Assembly: GCA_053919585.1 (NCBI GenBank)
Contig: CM132789.1
Length of the DNA: 64,000 bases
Source of the DNA: Euprymna scolopes
Lineage: Eukaryota
Direction: 5' to 3' (one strand)
In this document: positions 26,651 to 39,916 of the stretch, piece after piece
How positions within the stretch are numbered: the stretch's first letter is position 1
How the letters are laid out: each line of letters begins with the position of its first letter
Notes under the pieces: generated by a model
The model's input: only the letters and a program-made list of their open reading frames with translations
What the model was told of the DNA's origin: nothing
Databases searched by the model: none
Program-made: the position numbers and the translations under genes

Positions 26651-29600
26651 TACTTGAATTTCTGCCCGGCTGTTCTCGAGTCATTTGTGATGTTCATAAC
26701 TTGCCCTATATGTGAATATTCTTTTATGCAAAATTTCAAATGTTAAGGCCAAAAATTGTCTGAGTAATTTCGTAGAGATAGCAGAGGTAATTTTTTTTAA
26801 AACATTGACCCCAATTTTGACCGCTTAACATTTATTTTTTGGTTTTAAATCAAAATAAAATGTTTTACCCAGTTCCAAATTGCTTCCATTTAAAATTTCA
26901 AGTGTTTAGGCGCAAATTGACGGAGGAGTTTGGTAGAATCTGCAAACGTCAACTATTTAAAATTGACCTTTTGGCAGACAGATCCTTGCCGCCAAACATA
27001 TTAAAATGCTTGCCACATATCTGAATACCCGTTATATACGACTTCCAATCTTTAGACCCAAAATTTGCTGAGTAGTTTGCTGGACACCTAAAAGGTAAAA
27101 TCTCTTGAACTTTCACTCTTTTGTAGCTCATTTTTTTTCGACTCAAACAGATTGAAAAGCTTGTCATATCTCTGAATATCCTTTATGTAAAATTTCAAAT
27201 GTTTAGACCAGAAAATTGCTAAGTAATTTGGTAGACCCGCAAAAGTTATTTTTTAAACTTTGACCCCAATGTTTACCCTTTTACATTTATTTTTGGGGGC
27301 TCAAATAAATTATAAAGTTTGATCCATGTCCAAATAACCTACATTTTAAATCTCAAGTGTTTGGACCTAAAATTGACGGAGGAGTTTGGTAGAGATTCCA
27401 ACGGTACAAATCGTCGAACTTTGACCACTTGACGGTTAAATTTCTGGACGAAAACGGATTAAAACGATTTTCCCAAAACTCAATACCCTTTATGTCAAAT
27501 CTCGAGTCTGAAGACGGAAAATTGTCAGAGTTATTTGGTAGGGAAATGTACACAGACAGATATTTTCACGTTTATACTAGCAGTTTCGCCCGGCTTTGCT
27601 CTGGCTCTATGTACCGTTCATAACTTTATGTGCATATGTATATATTAAAAAGTGTGAATACGTACAGTAATACCTTTCTATATAATAGGCTTCCTTAACT
27701 ACCATAGATTAAAGTTAGTAGAGATTGCAGACGTTAAATTTGTTTAAACTTTGATCCCAGTTGTGACATCTTAACATTTATTGTTTTGGGCTCAAATTAA
27801 AATAAAACGTTTGATCTATGTCACAGAACCCTACATCTAAAATTTCAAGTGTGTAGACCCAAGATAAACGGAGGAGCTTGGTAGAGACTGCAAAAGTCAA
27901 CTCAGTAGAATTTGACCTCTTGCAAGCCAAATTTTTGCCCCAAAACCGATTACAAAGCCTGTATGTCTGAATACACTTTATATAAAATTCCAAATGCTTA
28001 GACCTTAAATTAGCTTAAAAATTGGCGAGAAATCGGAAAGGTAAAATATTTTTAATTTTACCCCTTGGCAGCAAACTTTTCGACCAAAAACCAAGTAAAA
28101 AGCTTGCCCTATCTCTGTATAACATTTATGTAAAATTTCAAATGTTTAGACCAAAAGTTGGCTGAGTAATTTGGTAGATACCGCAGAGGTCAATTTTTGT
28201 ACAACTTTGACCCCAATTATGACCAGTTAGCATTTATTGTTTTGGACTCAAACTAAAATATAAAGTAAGATACATGTCAAGGTAACCTATAATCTAAAAT
28301 TTCAAGTGTTTAGACCCAAAATTGGCGGACGAGTTTGCTAGACTTTTCAAAGGTCAAAACGTTGAACTTTTAACCCATAACCGCAAAATTTCTGGCCGAA
28401 CCCCGATTAAAAAATTTTCCCATATCTCAATACACAGTATGTCAAAGTTCAAGTCTGTAGAGTAAAAATTGGTAGGGAAATGTACACAGACAGACAGACA
28501 GACACACACATTTATACTTTTATAGATGATAGCATGGGTGTCCGGCGTTGTCCGGGTGTTTGGAGGTGTGTGTTGCGCAAAAAAAAAAACTGGTAGTAGA
28601 AAGGCGGGCTCGAACCCGTACCGCGGAGGAGGAAAAGAACAGGGGGAAAACGTGACTGTTCTGACTATTACGACAACAGTCAGACCAGAAGTGACGTAGG
28701 TTTAAATTAAGGCTAGACAATCGAAAAGAGGGAGTGTCTTTCAAAAATATCGGCGAAGAAATCAACTCCTCCCTTTAGAGAAATTCCCAGTTGAGGGTGA
28801 AGATACTAATGTTTTTAGCCAATTTGTCGTCTGAAGGGTCAAGCTTCAAAACGATACTGATCTTGTGAAAATCCGTCGCATCTGTCGAAAGTTTTAGGAA
28901 GACATGCAAATATACATACATAAATTTATACATTTTTAGCTAAAATTTTCGACCCAAACCGATTGAAAAGTTTGCCCTATCTCTGAATACCCTTTATGAA
29001 AATTTTCAAATGGGTAGACCAGAAATTTTCTGAGTAATTTGGTAGAGACCGCAGATCTCAATTTTTTTTTTTACTTTAGCCCCTATTATGACGCATTAAC
29101 ATTTATTGATTTGGGCTAAAATCAAGTTATTAAGTTAGATCCATGTCCAAGGGACTTATATCAAAAATTTCAATTTTTTATACGCAGAATTGGCGGAGGA
29201 ATTTGGTAGAGTTCTCAAACGTCAAATCCTTGAACCCTTACCCTTTAACAGCCAAAATTCAGGCTGAAAACGAATTACAAAGATTTTCCCAAGTCTCAGT
29301 ACCCTGTATATTAAATTTCGAGTCTGTAGACTGAAAAAAATGACAGAATTATTGTGTAGGGAAATGTACACAGACAGAAACACAGACACACACAGATAGA
29401 CAGACACTTTCACTTTTATATATATACCAGCATGGGTGCTCGGCGTTGCTCGGGTGTTTGGAGGTGTATGCTAAGCAAAAAAAAAAAAATTGGTCAACTG
29501 TTTAAACTTTGACCCCTATTATAACCCCTTAACATTTATAGTTTTGGGCTCGAATCAAGTTATTAAGTTAGGTCCATGTCCAAAGAACCTGTATCTGAAG

Positions 29601-29859
29601 TTTCAAGTGTTTAAACCCAAAATTGTGGGAGGAGTTTGGTAGAGTTCTTAAAGGTCATATCGTTGAACTTTGACCCCTTAACAGTCAAATTTCTGGCCGA
29701 AAACTAATCACATAGATTTTTCCCAAACCCAGTACCCTGTACATCAAATTCGAGTCTGTAAACTAAAAATTGACAGTTATTGCGTAGGGAAATGTAAACA
29801 GGCACAAAAACACACACACATACACTTTCACTTTTATAGATATATAGATAGATATAGAT
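26651..29859 (+). mobile_element. Head-to-tail array of about four non-autonomous Helitron/Helentron-like (HINE-type) units
   Basis: Unit starts at ~26651, 27575, 28528 and 29425 (tactag/taccag plus a cccgg..ccggg-type hairpin); each ends gggaaatgta(c)acagacaga..cacttttatata; shared internal aaaatttcaa.tgtttagacc..tttggtagaga repeats. Confidence 0.7.
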
Positions 29860-30849
29860 TTACTATTTTTTGTAGTTATAGCAAACAGCCGCGTAAATAG
29901 ATAATTTGCAAGAAACTGAATTTAGTATTAGTATTCATCAAATGGAGCTAACATTAAATGATATGATTTATATATTCATTAAAATATCGCAAATGAAAGT
30001 CCGAGGATTATATTAACTATCATCATCGGTGGGCGGGACTATAGTTTTGGAAGAAATATGACTGAAGAAAACTGTTTAATCGACAAGAAGGCAGCGATGC
30101 GATGATGATATGAGATGGAGTTATTGGTTATGAGCTCCTGGGTCGACTTAAGGTTTAAGTGATTTCCAAAGTTACTCATATCTGATTATTTTTTAACAAC
30201 TTTATCAATTGTGCCATGTGTAAAGTATTTATTTCCAAGTATATGAACGGATAATACATCGGCAAAAACTTCCCGAGCATAATATCTAAGATTAGAATAG
30301 TTGTACAAATAGTTCAAATAATCCGAATTAACTATTGATTTATAAAGAATCTTTCGTAACACTTGTTTTAAATAAAAATACAAAAACCACACTCAATATT
30401 TTATTTGTATATCAAATGTAACAACGATTCAAGCATATTTTTTTATCTTATTTGGTCTTACCATAATTTTTGGATTCAATGAATTATGAGGGGCGCTCCA
30501 AAAATAACGTTTCGCTAAGAAAGTAACCCGTGTCATCGACGTACGTCAGAAGCAGAGTCGCCATCCACTTCCTCTATGCAGAACAAATTGATTCACAGGC
30601 GCTGTTCAACGTCGAGGATACGGATGCAGCTGATGTCAGTACAATTAGGAGATAAAATCGACGATTTCAATGTGGCAACAACGATATGAGTTACGAAGTG
30701 CGCTCTGCACTTTTACTATAGAAGCAACATAAGGTGCTGGCAAAAGTGCAGTAAGAATTGTGGCGACCATTACGTTTCTGAATTTCTAAATGAATATTGG
30801 TTATTTGAATGCATTTTCCTCCAGATATATTAAGCCAAGATGGGATCGT

Positions 30850-31240
30850 CAAGGACCCATAGTTAGAGTAATTGTAAAAATAAACTGTAAAAATCATATT
30901 CCCTTGAAGATTGAAGGTTGAAGGTTCAATTCTCAGTGTGGATGACTGAAAAATAAAACTGCGTATCACATAGGACTTCGATCGAGTTATGGCTGATAGA
31001 ACGAGGGCATGCGACCCCCTTGAAGTAAATAAAGCATCCCATTTGAAATTCCTTCCAAATTCCAGAGTTTGACAGAAACAATCCGAATTCGTCAGAAACA
31101 TCAGCGAGTTCGACAAATTATACCTGAAGAAGGTCGAGGGTTACATCGACCAAAACATAGTGAAAATGACACACAAGATTAGAAGAGTCGCCTACATAAC
31201 TATAACGGTGACTATATGGATAAATAAATTCTGGAATACA
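30850..31240 (+). mobile_element. Decayed SINE-like element with a B box and a minimal-hammerhead remnant
   Basis: GGTTCAATTC at 30923-30932; tac-CTGAAGA-a-ggtcga(gggttaca)tcgacc-AAAA-ca-TA-gtg at ~31121-31162; similar to 34160-34530. Confidence 0.6.
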
Positions 31241-33699
31241 AGATTTCGCTCATTTTAATAGCATCTATTCTGTTTTCACAGCCCTTTAACCTTTTAGTTT
31301 GTTTGTTTTTTAGTTAAAAAATAGGAGGCCTTATTTTTGGAAAAAATCTACATAAAATCTATTTATGATGATAAACCAATTTGTTCTAAACGTGTTTTAT
31401 TGATATAGAAAAATCTGATTGTGTTGTAGATTAATTCATTTAATCGGTATTGAAACTACATGACAAGATATTTTAGAAATAGAGTGTTGTGTAGTTAGAA
31501 ATACAATCACTTTTTAAGTCACAATTAAATCACTGAAAAATATTTTCTAAATTCACGTAGGTAAACCTATACATACCGATCTAAATATCATTTAGATTCT
31601 TTTATAAGTTTTATATTGATTAAGTTTATTTGGTATATCTTTCAATTTTCATATTATATTATTCCCGTGACTTAGTCATTTAATATTATCTTCTCTTCTA
31701 TATATATATTATATCTATCTTCGTTCTATCTATCTATCTTCTTCTTATTATATCTATCTATCTATCTTCTATCTATCCTCTATTCTTCTTCTTCTTCTTC
31801 TATCTATCTTCTTCTCATACATATTATATATATTATTTTATTATATATATATTATATATATATATATATATATAAAATTAACTCATTTTTCCCAGCAAGT
31901 TTTACCTTAATAAGATTGAAAATCAAGGCATTTCATGCAAATGTAACGTGCGCGCACTGCAGCACATTACCTTCAGTGTGTTATAGGCCTATCACCTATC
32001 CACTTACTCGATAAACTTAGATCCCTATATTTTTTCTGATGACAGTCCACGGCCAAATTCGGTTACAATAAATGGAAGTGTAAAAATCTTTTCCCTCTAT
32101 TACATTCATACTCTTCCCGCGCCCACTTATCACCGGTGGGGATACGTCCACAAGGGACACTACGAGGAAGCATTGGTTTGAGTTCGTAGTTGCTTTAGAA
32201 AAACGGATTGTCATTTTTCCGTCGGTTGAACCGCAACTTTCGATTACATCCAATCCAATGTTTACTTATGCCATTTCTTCCTTTTCTTTTTATATTGGGG
32301 GGACTGATTGATCGGTTACTGATGACATCTTTTGTTTTTTTACTTTTTGCTTATTTCATTTACATTGGAGAGTGTTAACGGACCGAAGGGTTACTGATGC
32401 CGTATTTTTCTTTATTATTTTTACTTTTTTTATCAAACATTCTTAGCCCACGTTCAATTTAACCTTGCTTAATTTAATAGCACTCTATCACAAAGCTCTC
32501 TTACTGAAATCCGTTCTCCTCCGCATTAAAAATGCAGTTTACACAGAGAAAATCGCGTTTATTACATACATAAATAAACAAACGAAACCAACTACCATTG
32601 GATTCTCAACTGTATTTATGCCACATTCCTTTCTTTTTCGACGTAGCCTCATCAATTAACACTCCACAGTCAACATTCAGGTGAATACAATTCAGTTCTC
32701 TTACAGAATTCCGTTCTCCGCCGCATTTTACAGTTTACACAGAAAAAATCGCGTTTATTAAATACGCAAAAACATGATATGAACTAAAATTGGATTCCAG
32801 ATTTTACATCTAACTCTATCCGTCTGCAACTATTAATTGAGTATCCAACTGTATTTATGTCACGTTCATTCCTTTATCGACCTTGCCTCATCGATTAACA
32901 ATTCCCAGCCAACATTCAGGTAAATACAGTTTTATATGCAACCGATTTCCAAGTATATGGACTTCTTCCTTTTATTTGCTTTTTTTATTCCCTCGATTTA
33001 CCGTGATTTCCATTCAAGCTTGGATCACGCGACACCGGCAATCATCGCTGTAAGCCGCGACCGTTCTTCAATTTTTCAACCGATTACTCGCCTATTTATT
33101 CCTTTTATTATGTTTTTTTTTCTTATGTTATGTTGACTGTACTTTTAATAAGGTTATATTACGGGGGAGAGGTGACTTCTTCTTTTCATTATTTATTTTT
33201 ATACATTGAATTTCTCGAAGTTTCATTAGCCCAGTTAAAAAAACACTATGCAAATTGAGATCAGACAACATTGGATTTGGAAGAAAGCGACAATGACACG
33301 AGGCATACACACATGTTTAATAAACAACAACCAATAAAAAACCGGAATACTTACACCTAACATTTATATGGTTAAAAATTAATTATTGCAGACAAAAAAT
33401 TACTTTATGTGGATAAATCTTTTGCATAAACAAAACAAAAGACAAATAAATGAGTACATTAAATACTAGCATAAGATAAACATATTTTCATTCCAGACAC
33501 TATCTTTCTTTCTGTTTTCTTTTTTTCTTCTTCTTCTTTCCTTTTATTCCCTTCTTTTTATTTCCTTCTTCTCTTTCTTCTTCTCTTTCTTCTTTAGTCT
33601 TCTTTTTTTCTTCTTTTTCCTTCTTTATTTCTTCTTTTTGTTCTTTTGTTTTTTTTTTTCGTTTTTTTTCTTCTTTTCTCTTCTTTTTTGGCCAATTGC

Positions 33700-33830
33700 A
33701 TTTTTTAAAACTCCCCCCAACCCGGAAACAAACGCCCAGACAACAATTTTTTCTTATTGTTTTGTTTTGATTTACCAAAAACCACACATACCTCGAAACA
33801 CCCGAGCAACGCCGGACACTCCCGCTAGTA
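33700..33830 (-). mobile_element. 5' end of another HINE-type unit
   Basis: Reverse complement tactagcgggagtgtccggcgttgctcgggtgtttcgaggtatgtgtg matches the unit heads at 28528 and 29425. Confidence 0.75.
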
Positions 33831-34159
33831 TTAAACATTTTGCTCGAATATCAACTATCAATACTCAAATTTCTTATTTAACGGTTCGCAGTATACCATT
33901 ATTATAACGACTGTATATGAAAAGAGTGAGTGCTAAACACGATAGTCTCAATAATTTAAGTGTGAAATTGAGAAATAAAACACGAATTTACAAAATTAAA
34001 ACGTTGATTCAAGCCCTATTTTAATTAAAATAAAATAAATGACATTTCGGACGAATTAGCATTGCACAATCTTTAGAGTCGTTCCGTCGAAATCAGAAAT
34101 CTTTCTGTCGAATTATGGAATCCGCGGGGAATTTAGAATGGAAATCTTTATTTAATCCT

Positions 34160-34530
34160 TGCCGACCTGTGACGGAGTGGTTAAAGTATTTCATGACATT
34201 CACTTGTAAGTTACATTATTCTGGGGGTTGAGGATACAAATCTCAGTACAAGCGACACTCTGAAGGAGAAGAACAAATTATTAAGGGCTTCCACCCAGTA
34301 ATAACTGGCAGAACGGGAGCATACCAACTCAGTGGATTAAATTAAGAGTTATATTCGAAATTCCGAGCAGATTTTAAAGATCGACAGACAGATTCCCGTA
34401 TTGGACAGAAAGTTGGAGGTTACATCGATGGAAACATTGAGCGAATAATGTTAAAAATGAGAACAGTAGTTCGAATAATCCAAATAATAGGAATTATCAA
34501 TCAGTATCTAAAAATTCCGAAACAGTAAAA
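34160..34530 (+). mobile_element. Second decayed copy of the SINE-like hammerhead family
   Basis: A-box-like TGACGGAGTGG at 34170-34180, degenerate B box at 34230-34244, hammerhead stem II and GAAA remnant gttgg-aggttaca-tcgat-g-GAAA-ca-TT-g at ~34412-34439. Confidence 0.55.
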
Positions 34531-34539
34531 TAATATATT

Positions 34540-35700
34540 TGGATATATTTGGAAACTATTAATATGTGCGCTGATCTTTTCTATCGTAGTCAGTTATCAC
34601 TCCCCCCCTCATTCCTGAAACAGTATTTGTTGAGTTAATGAAATTTGCCCATTACATCTGTTGAATTTAACTTTAACGATTTTATTTATAGGCAAATTGA
34701 TGGTGTAGCAATGAGTTCAGTCCTGGCTCCAATAATGGCGAACATTATTTTGGGTTTCCATAAGAAACAGTTATTATCTGAATCCATAAAACCGTTAGTC
34801 TTCTTTAGACATGTAGACGACACATTTTGCCTATTTAATAATGGAATGGAGACAATTCATTTTTCTTTTTATTTAATAGCATGCATACCACGTAAAAGTA
34901 TACGTGTGAAGGAGAGTTTAACTCGTATTTAGCTTACCTTGATGTATTAGTAGCAGAAACTTCCTCAAATTACCTTTTATCGATATACCGTAAATTCACG
35001 TTTACAGGATTGTATACACGCTGGGATTTTTATTTTTCCTTACCAAACGAAGGGTTAATTTAATTTGCACCCTAACGCATTGAGCCCTTATTATTTTTCT
35101 AAAACAAAATTGGATGAAGAATTGAAAATTATAACTTACATATTATCCAATAATGGTTACCGCCTTGATGTGATTAGGTCCGTCAGCTAAAAGAAAAATA
35201 ACTATTTTTCCCCAAATAAAATTCAGTACGGTGACTAAATGTCCGATTTATATTAATTTACTGTAGTTGGCATTGGTAAGTGGGAAGATTGCCAACCAAA
35301 TCAGCTCAACGGTGAAAAGATTCTATTTTGCTTCAATGTACGTGTTGTGTTCTTTACGAAACCCTTTATCGTATATTGTCACAAAGACGTTCTAACCCCT
35401 CACCAGAAAAATAATGTAATTTATAAATTTAAATGCAATTGCAGTACTGACACCGAGGCTCAAACGTCGTTAAGACCTGATAATGGACTTACCTACCAAC
35501 AGACGTTATTATTAAGACATCCGGGTCTTCTATAGCTGAACAATTTCTTAAAAACCCGACATATGCCTCGTTCTTTACCACTGACACATATAATACGTTT
35601 CGTTATTTTAGCCATAAAGTGTATACCGAACTTTCTTTTTTTCTTCTAATACACTATATCGCTATTTTAACACGTACCGTCTCCCATTTAATTTTAAACG
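34540..35700 (+). mobile_element. Decayed Penelope-like RT fragment, same family as 12190-13921
   Basis: FNDFIYRQIDGVAMSSVLAPIMANI, FRHVDDTF, LDEELKII..LSNNGY, NNVIYKFKCNC. Confidence 0.9.
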
Positions 35701-35951
35701 TATCGTCTCTCATTTTACTCGATTTTATTAGAAAAAAAGGAAATCTCTCGATCAACCTCATGAAAAGTTTTTAGGGGGTTGGGACTCGGTTACCTTGTTC
35801 TCCCATTAATTTTCATTGTTTTTTTTATATTTCGTTTCCCACTTTTAATCATGAACATAAAAGCGGGTGTCCTGTCATGATTGCAATAATGAAATTTTGT
35901 ATCTCGCATAAAATTATAATATATATATATATATATAATAATTTATATATA

Positions 35952-36001
<50 letters not shown>

Positions 36002-37668
36002 GGGGGTGTAAAATACGATTTTGAGTGCGGTTGCATGTTCTATGACAATAAAGTTTGCAGTGATAGCTTCGTAACTTTAGAAATGGATTTTTCGTGTTTT
36101 CAAATCGAATTTTTCATATCCTCCTATAAACAAAGGATTTAATAATAAAGCAGACAACACCCTCAAACCATAGTTTTGCAGATAGACTATTTCAAACTTA
36201 TTAATACTGGCATACTGTTTCCAGTCGGTCTGGATTCAAACCATCTCTAGATTTAACCAAGAGATACGCGGTTGGACATTTGCACAACGTTGGTTCAGTA
36301 GAGACTCGCAACCCTGGCCTTCTAAAAGGTGGTAACCATTATTTCTAGATACTAAAATGGGACTTTTTTTAAATATTTTACGAATAACTGGGAATGGTGA
36401 ACTAATCTGCACAATAGTTGACTATTAAACACTTTAAGCTCGGGTGTCTATAAGTGTGTTTACTCAGTCTGTTATCAGCACTTTCAAATCATTTAGTAAA
36501 AGGAGACGTAATGTCGCAACGGAAAGTTTTCGAAAACAGATTAGTTCTTGTTGAGTCATTTAAATCTCTATTCATCCATTCATTTTAATTATTCCTAGAA
36601 TTGATTACCCAATCCATCAATTAAGCCATTAATTAGCCTCCCCGTATCATTAGTCATACCATTTGAACGATCGTCCTTATCGAACGGAATCACATGTTCT
36701 GTCTGTTTAACGAAACGAACTACTTGAAGAAAACTCTTTCTTGATGAATACGTTAGACATTGTAAGGATTCAACAACCTTCTATAGTTNNNNNNNNNNNN
36801 NNNNNNNNNNNNNNNNNNNNNNNNNNNNNNNNNNNNNNNNNNNNNNNNNNNNNNNNNNNNNNNNNNNNNNNNNNNNNNNNNNNNNNNNNNNNNNNNNNNN
36901 NNNNNNNNNNNNNNNNNNNNNNNNNNNNNNNNNNNNNNNNNNNNNNNNNNNNNNNNNNNNNNNNNNNNNNNNNNNNGTTGTAAAGACATTTACTAAGGCT
37001 CAAAATGTTTTGCTAACATGAAAATGTAGTATCAGTTCCTATCCAAAATGTTCATTTTGGGGAATCTGGATTTTCTCTCAATTAAAAAATGATCATTTGT
37101 CTATGTACGCCTTCGTGTATAAGAAAATCAAAGAATATTTAGATAGTAAAATTATTTACATCTTCAAAATTACAAGTTTAAAATATCAGCAGGAGTAGAT
37201 GCGAACATAGTCTAAAGAATTCATGAAAAAGATAAATCAAGAAAAACTCTTAAATTGTATCCTGCATCATAACAGTTTCTTCTACGAATTATTCTCTTCC
37301 AGATTTCTGTGTATTGCAAACATAATTGAAATTTTAGGATTATTTGGCAAACAATTTGTATAAAAATTCTGCTTAACTGCAGTGAAAATATATGCCGGTT
37401 CGATTGCCTTTGAAGCGTTAGAGACCGATATTTTCCAAATAAAAATATTGTGACTGTATTATATTTATAGTTATTAGAATAAAAAATTAAACATTAAGTC
37501 AGAGTATATTTATTTTCCATATGAGTTATTGATTCCAATATGATGTTTGATCACAATAATTTTTTACACCCGTTTCCGATTACAAAACAATTTAACATTA
37601 CTTTTCCTCAGACTCTGCTCAAGGCAAAATATAACTGGTCATGTTTAACACAAGGTTATTTACATAGG

Positions 37669-38015
37669 TCAAGTCTAACGTAAATAAGTTCTTGATGAGC
37701 CGTTCCATATAAGCTATCAAATTTAACAAATTTTCATTACTAATGATTGTTATATTGTCCAATTTCTACTGTACACTCTTTAACCCTTATCCTTGAGTGG
37801 CCTCTTGGCCTTGATAATGAGTTGATACCTATGAAAAAAACAGAAAAAGTCCAATGTGAACAAGTTCTAATTGAATCGTCCCCCTAAGTAATCCAAGTTT
37901 CAAAATTCCCACTGTTTACTATGCTAAAATCACAATGACTAATGTATACCTATTAACTCTTATCCTCGAGTGGCCTCTGGGCCTTGATAAGTGGTGACAC
38001 CCTTGTAAAAAAAAA
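37669..38015 (+). mobile_element. Two tandem 3'-end fragments of the CR1-group LINE
   Basis: 37669-37840 and ~37853-38015 each end in cttatcct.gagtggcc....ggccttgataa..poly-A, matching 17094-17153. Confidence 0.85.
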
Positions 38016-38951
38016 TTAATTTGCGTACTTTGATTGAAAAGCAGGCGTTAATTTTATAAGTGTGTAAATAACAGTACTTATATCAATTTGCTATAAAACA
38101 TATTGAACAGTTTTCAATTGATATTCGTGACATGGGACAATAAAAGGCAATATAATAAGGTTTAATGGCAGGAAACACGAGGCCAGTTGACAGGTCCATT
38201 TAAAAAATATTCGTTTATTAAATGTTTCACTCGGTAAATTGACCGTATCACGTCCTGTATTGCATGTGGCAATATCCTGCTAAAAGCACATATCGAATCG
38301 CAAAATGAAGCTGAATTCACAATTACCGATAGGTGCGAAAACTGTAATTCGGAAAATAGATATAAAACAAAACATTATATAATTGACATTCAGACTCTTA
38401 TTCTTACTATGTTTATTTAAAAGTACGACTCAGCAATAACTCATTTATATTGGACTTGAAAACGACCAAGTTGTGATAAGCTCAGAAGCGGATATGTGTT
38501 CTTATTGAGCAGACTGGTAGATCTACGAAAAAAAAATCTGTGTAAATGAATGTTTCGTCTAGTTTTTGACAAAGAGCACTTAACGGAACTTATTACAGTT
38601 CTAAAGTTCCGAAATAAAAATATTTGTTCTCATTATTTGTATTAATTCAAATACTGTTATAATTGTGAGTCTTATTTGCACACCGTTTCGGTGGATGTGA
38701 CTGCTAATATTCTTTAAGTATGTAATGCGCAATGTTTCTTATCGTAAAAGACTTAACTGTATACTGCTGTGGTTTCGTATTTATAATCTTGTTACAAGTA
38801 AAAAGAAAAAATATTAAAAATTATAAGCAAAACACTAGGAGATATGATTTCTGACATACATAAAAGTGAATTTTTAAATAAAACGCGTATGGTATACATT
38901 GGAAGCCAAATTACAACACGAAATTATTAAAATAAACAAGTTTTAATTTTT

Positions 38952-38990
38952 AAGATATATATTTCGAAGTAACACTCCCTCGTCTGTCTT
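38952..38990 (-). ncRNA. Minimal hammerhead ribozyme with a mutated core (CAGACGA)
   Basis: aaga-CAGACGA-g-ggagt(gtt)acttc-GAAA-tata-TA-tctt. Confidence 0.6.
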
Positions 38991-39274
38991 TTATATATTT
39001 TTTTCTCTTTTTCATCGCCAAGGGGTTCAGTTGGAGAAAAGTTGAATGAAGGGTCCGCGTGATGTAAACTGCGGAGTAGTTTTTGAAATGCTGGAAGGAT
39101 GCACTTGGCAGCGCGATTCAAAATCAGGTTAGTTTTGTTTTTCTTTTTATATCCATGTTTACTGGAATTTAAACTTTAAAATAAAATACATAAACATCAA
39201 ATAAAATACGTACGGAATGCGTTTGAAGCCAAATTATAACAGGAAATTATGAAAATTAATACGTATTTATTTTT

Positions 39275-39313
39275 ATGATATATATTTCGGAGTAAAACCC
39301 CTTCGTCAGTCAT
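39275..39313 (-). ncRNA. Minimal type I hammerhead ribozyme with an intact core
   Basis: atga-CTGACGA-a-ggggt(ttt)actcc-GAAA-tata-TA-tcat: 4-bp stem I, 5-bp stem II, minimal stem III with palindromic tata. Confidence 0.72.
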
Positions 39314-39663
39314 TTACATTTTTCTCTTTTTCCTCACCATAGTTTTAAGTTGAAAAAATATACATGCATGTGTGTGTGTGTGTGTGCGTGTGTGTGCACG
39401 CGCGTGCGTATGTGTGTGTATACGCCCTTGTCAGTCTTTTATATTTTTTCGTCCTCGCCGTGATATTAAGTTGAAAGAAAAGTTTAATAAAGAATCTACG
39501 TTATATTAACTGCAGTGTTGCAACTGCAGCGCAATTTACATATCGGGGTGGTTTTAACTTTTTGTATTATCCGTGTTAGAATCGTCGATTGAAATTTGAA
39601 TTTACCAAAAAATACGTCACGTGGAATTTTTTATCTATCTTGTGCAAAATAATTAAATAATAT

Positions 39664-39705
39664 AAGACTGACGAAGGGGGGGTGTTACTCCGAAATATAT
39701 ATCAT
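39664..39705 (+). ncRNA. Minimal hammerhead ribozyme (inverted copy), intact core, weak stem I
   Basis: aaga-CTGACGA-aggg-ggggt(gtt)actcc-GAAA-tata-TA-tcat. Confidence 0.62.
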
Positions 39706-39844
39706 TCAAATAAACATTTGTTCATTTGAATGATTTCGCGTTGTAATTTGGCTGCAGACGTAATCTATACGTATTTTATTATAAAATTCAAATTTCAGTC
39801 AAAGCTTCTAACACGGATAAAAAAAGACAATAAAAACTACCCTG

Positions 39845-39916
<72 letters not shown>

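Larger units (their letters stand above)
38860..39850. repeat. ~323-bp non-coding unit in tandem (about 2.5 copies) plus an inverted partial copy, with minimal hammerhead motifs (Penelope pLTR- or retrozyme-like)
   Basis: gaagccaaatta.aac..gaaatt..gatatatatttcg.agtaa at ~38902 and ~39223; partial third copy at ~39421-39590; reverse complement at 39661-39847. Confidence 0.8.
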
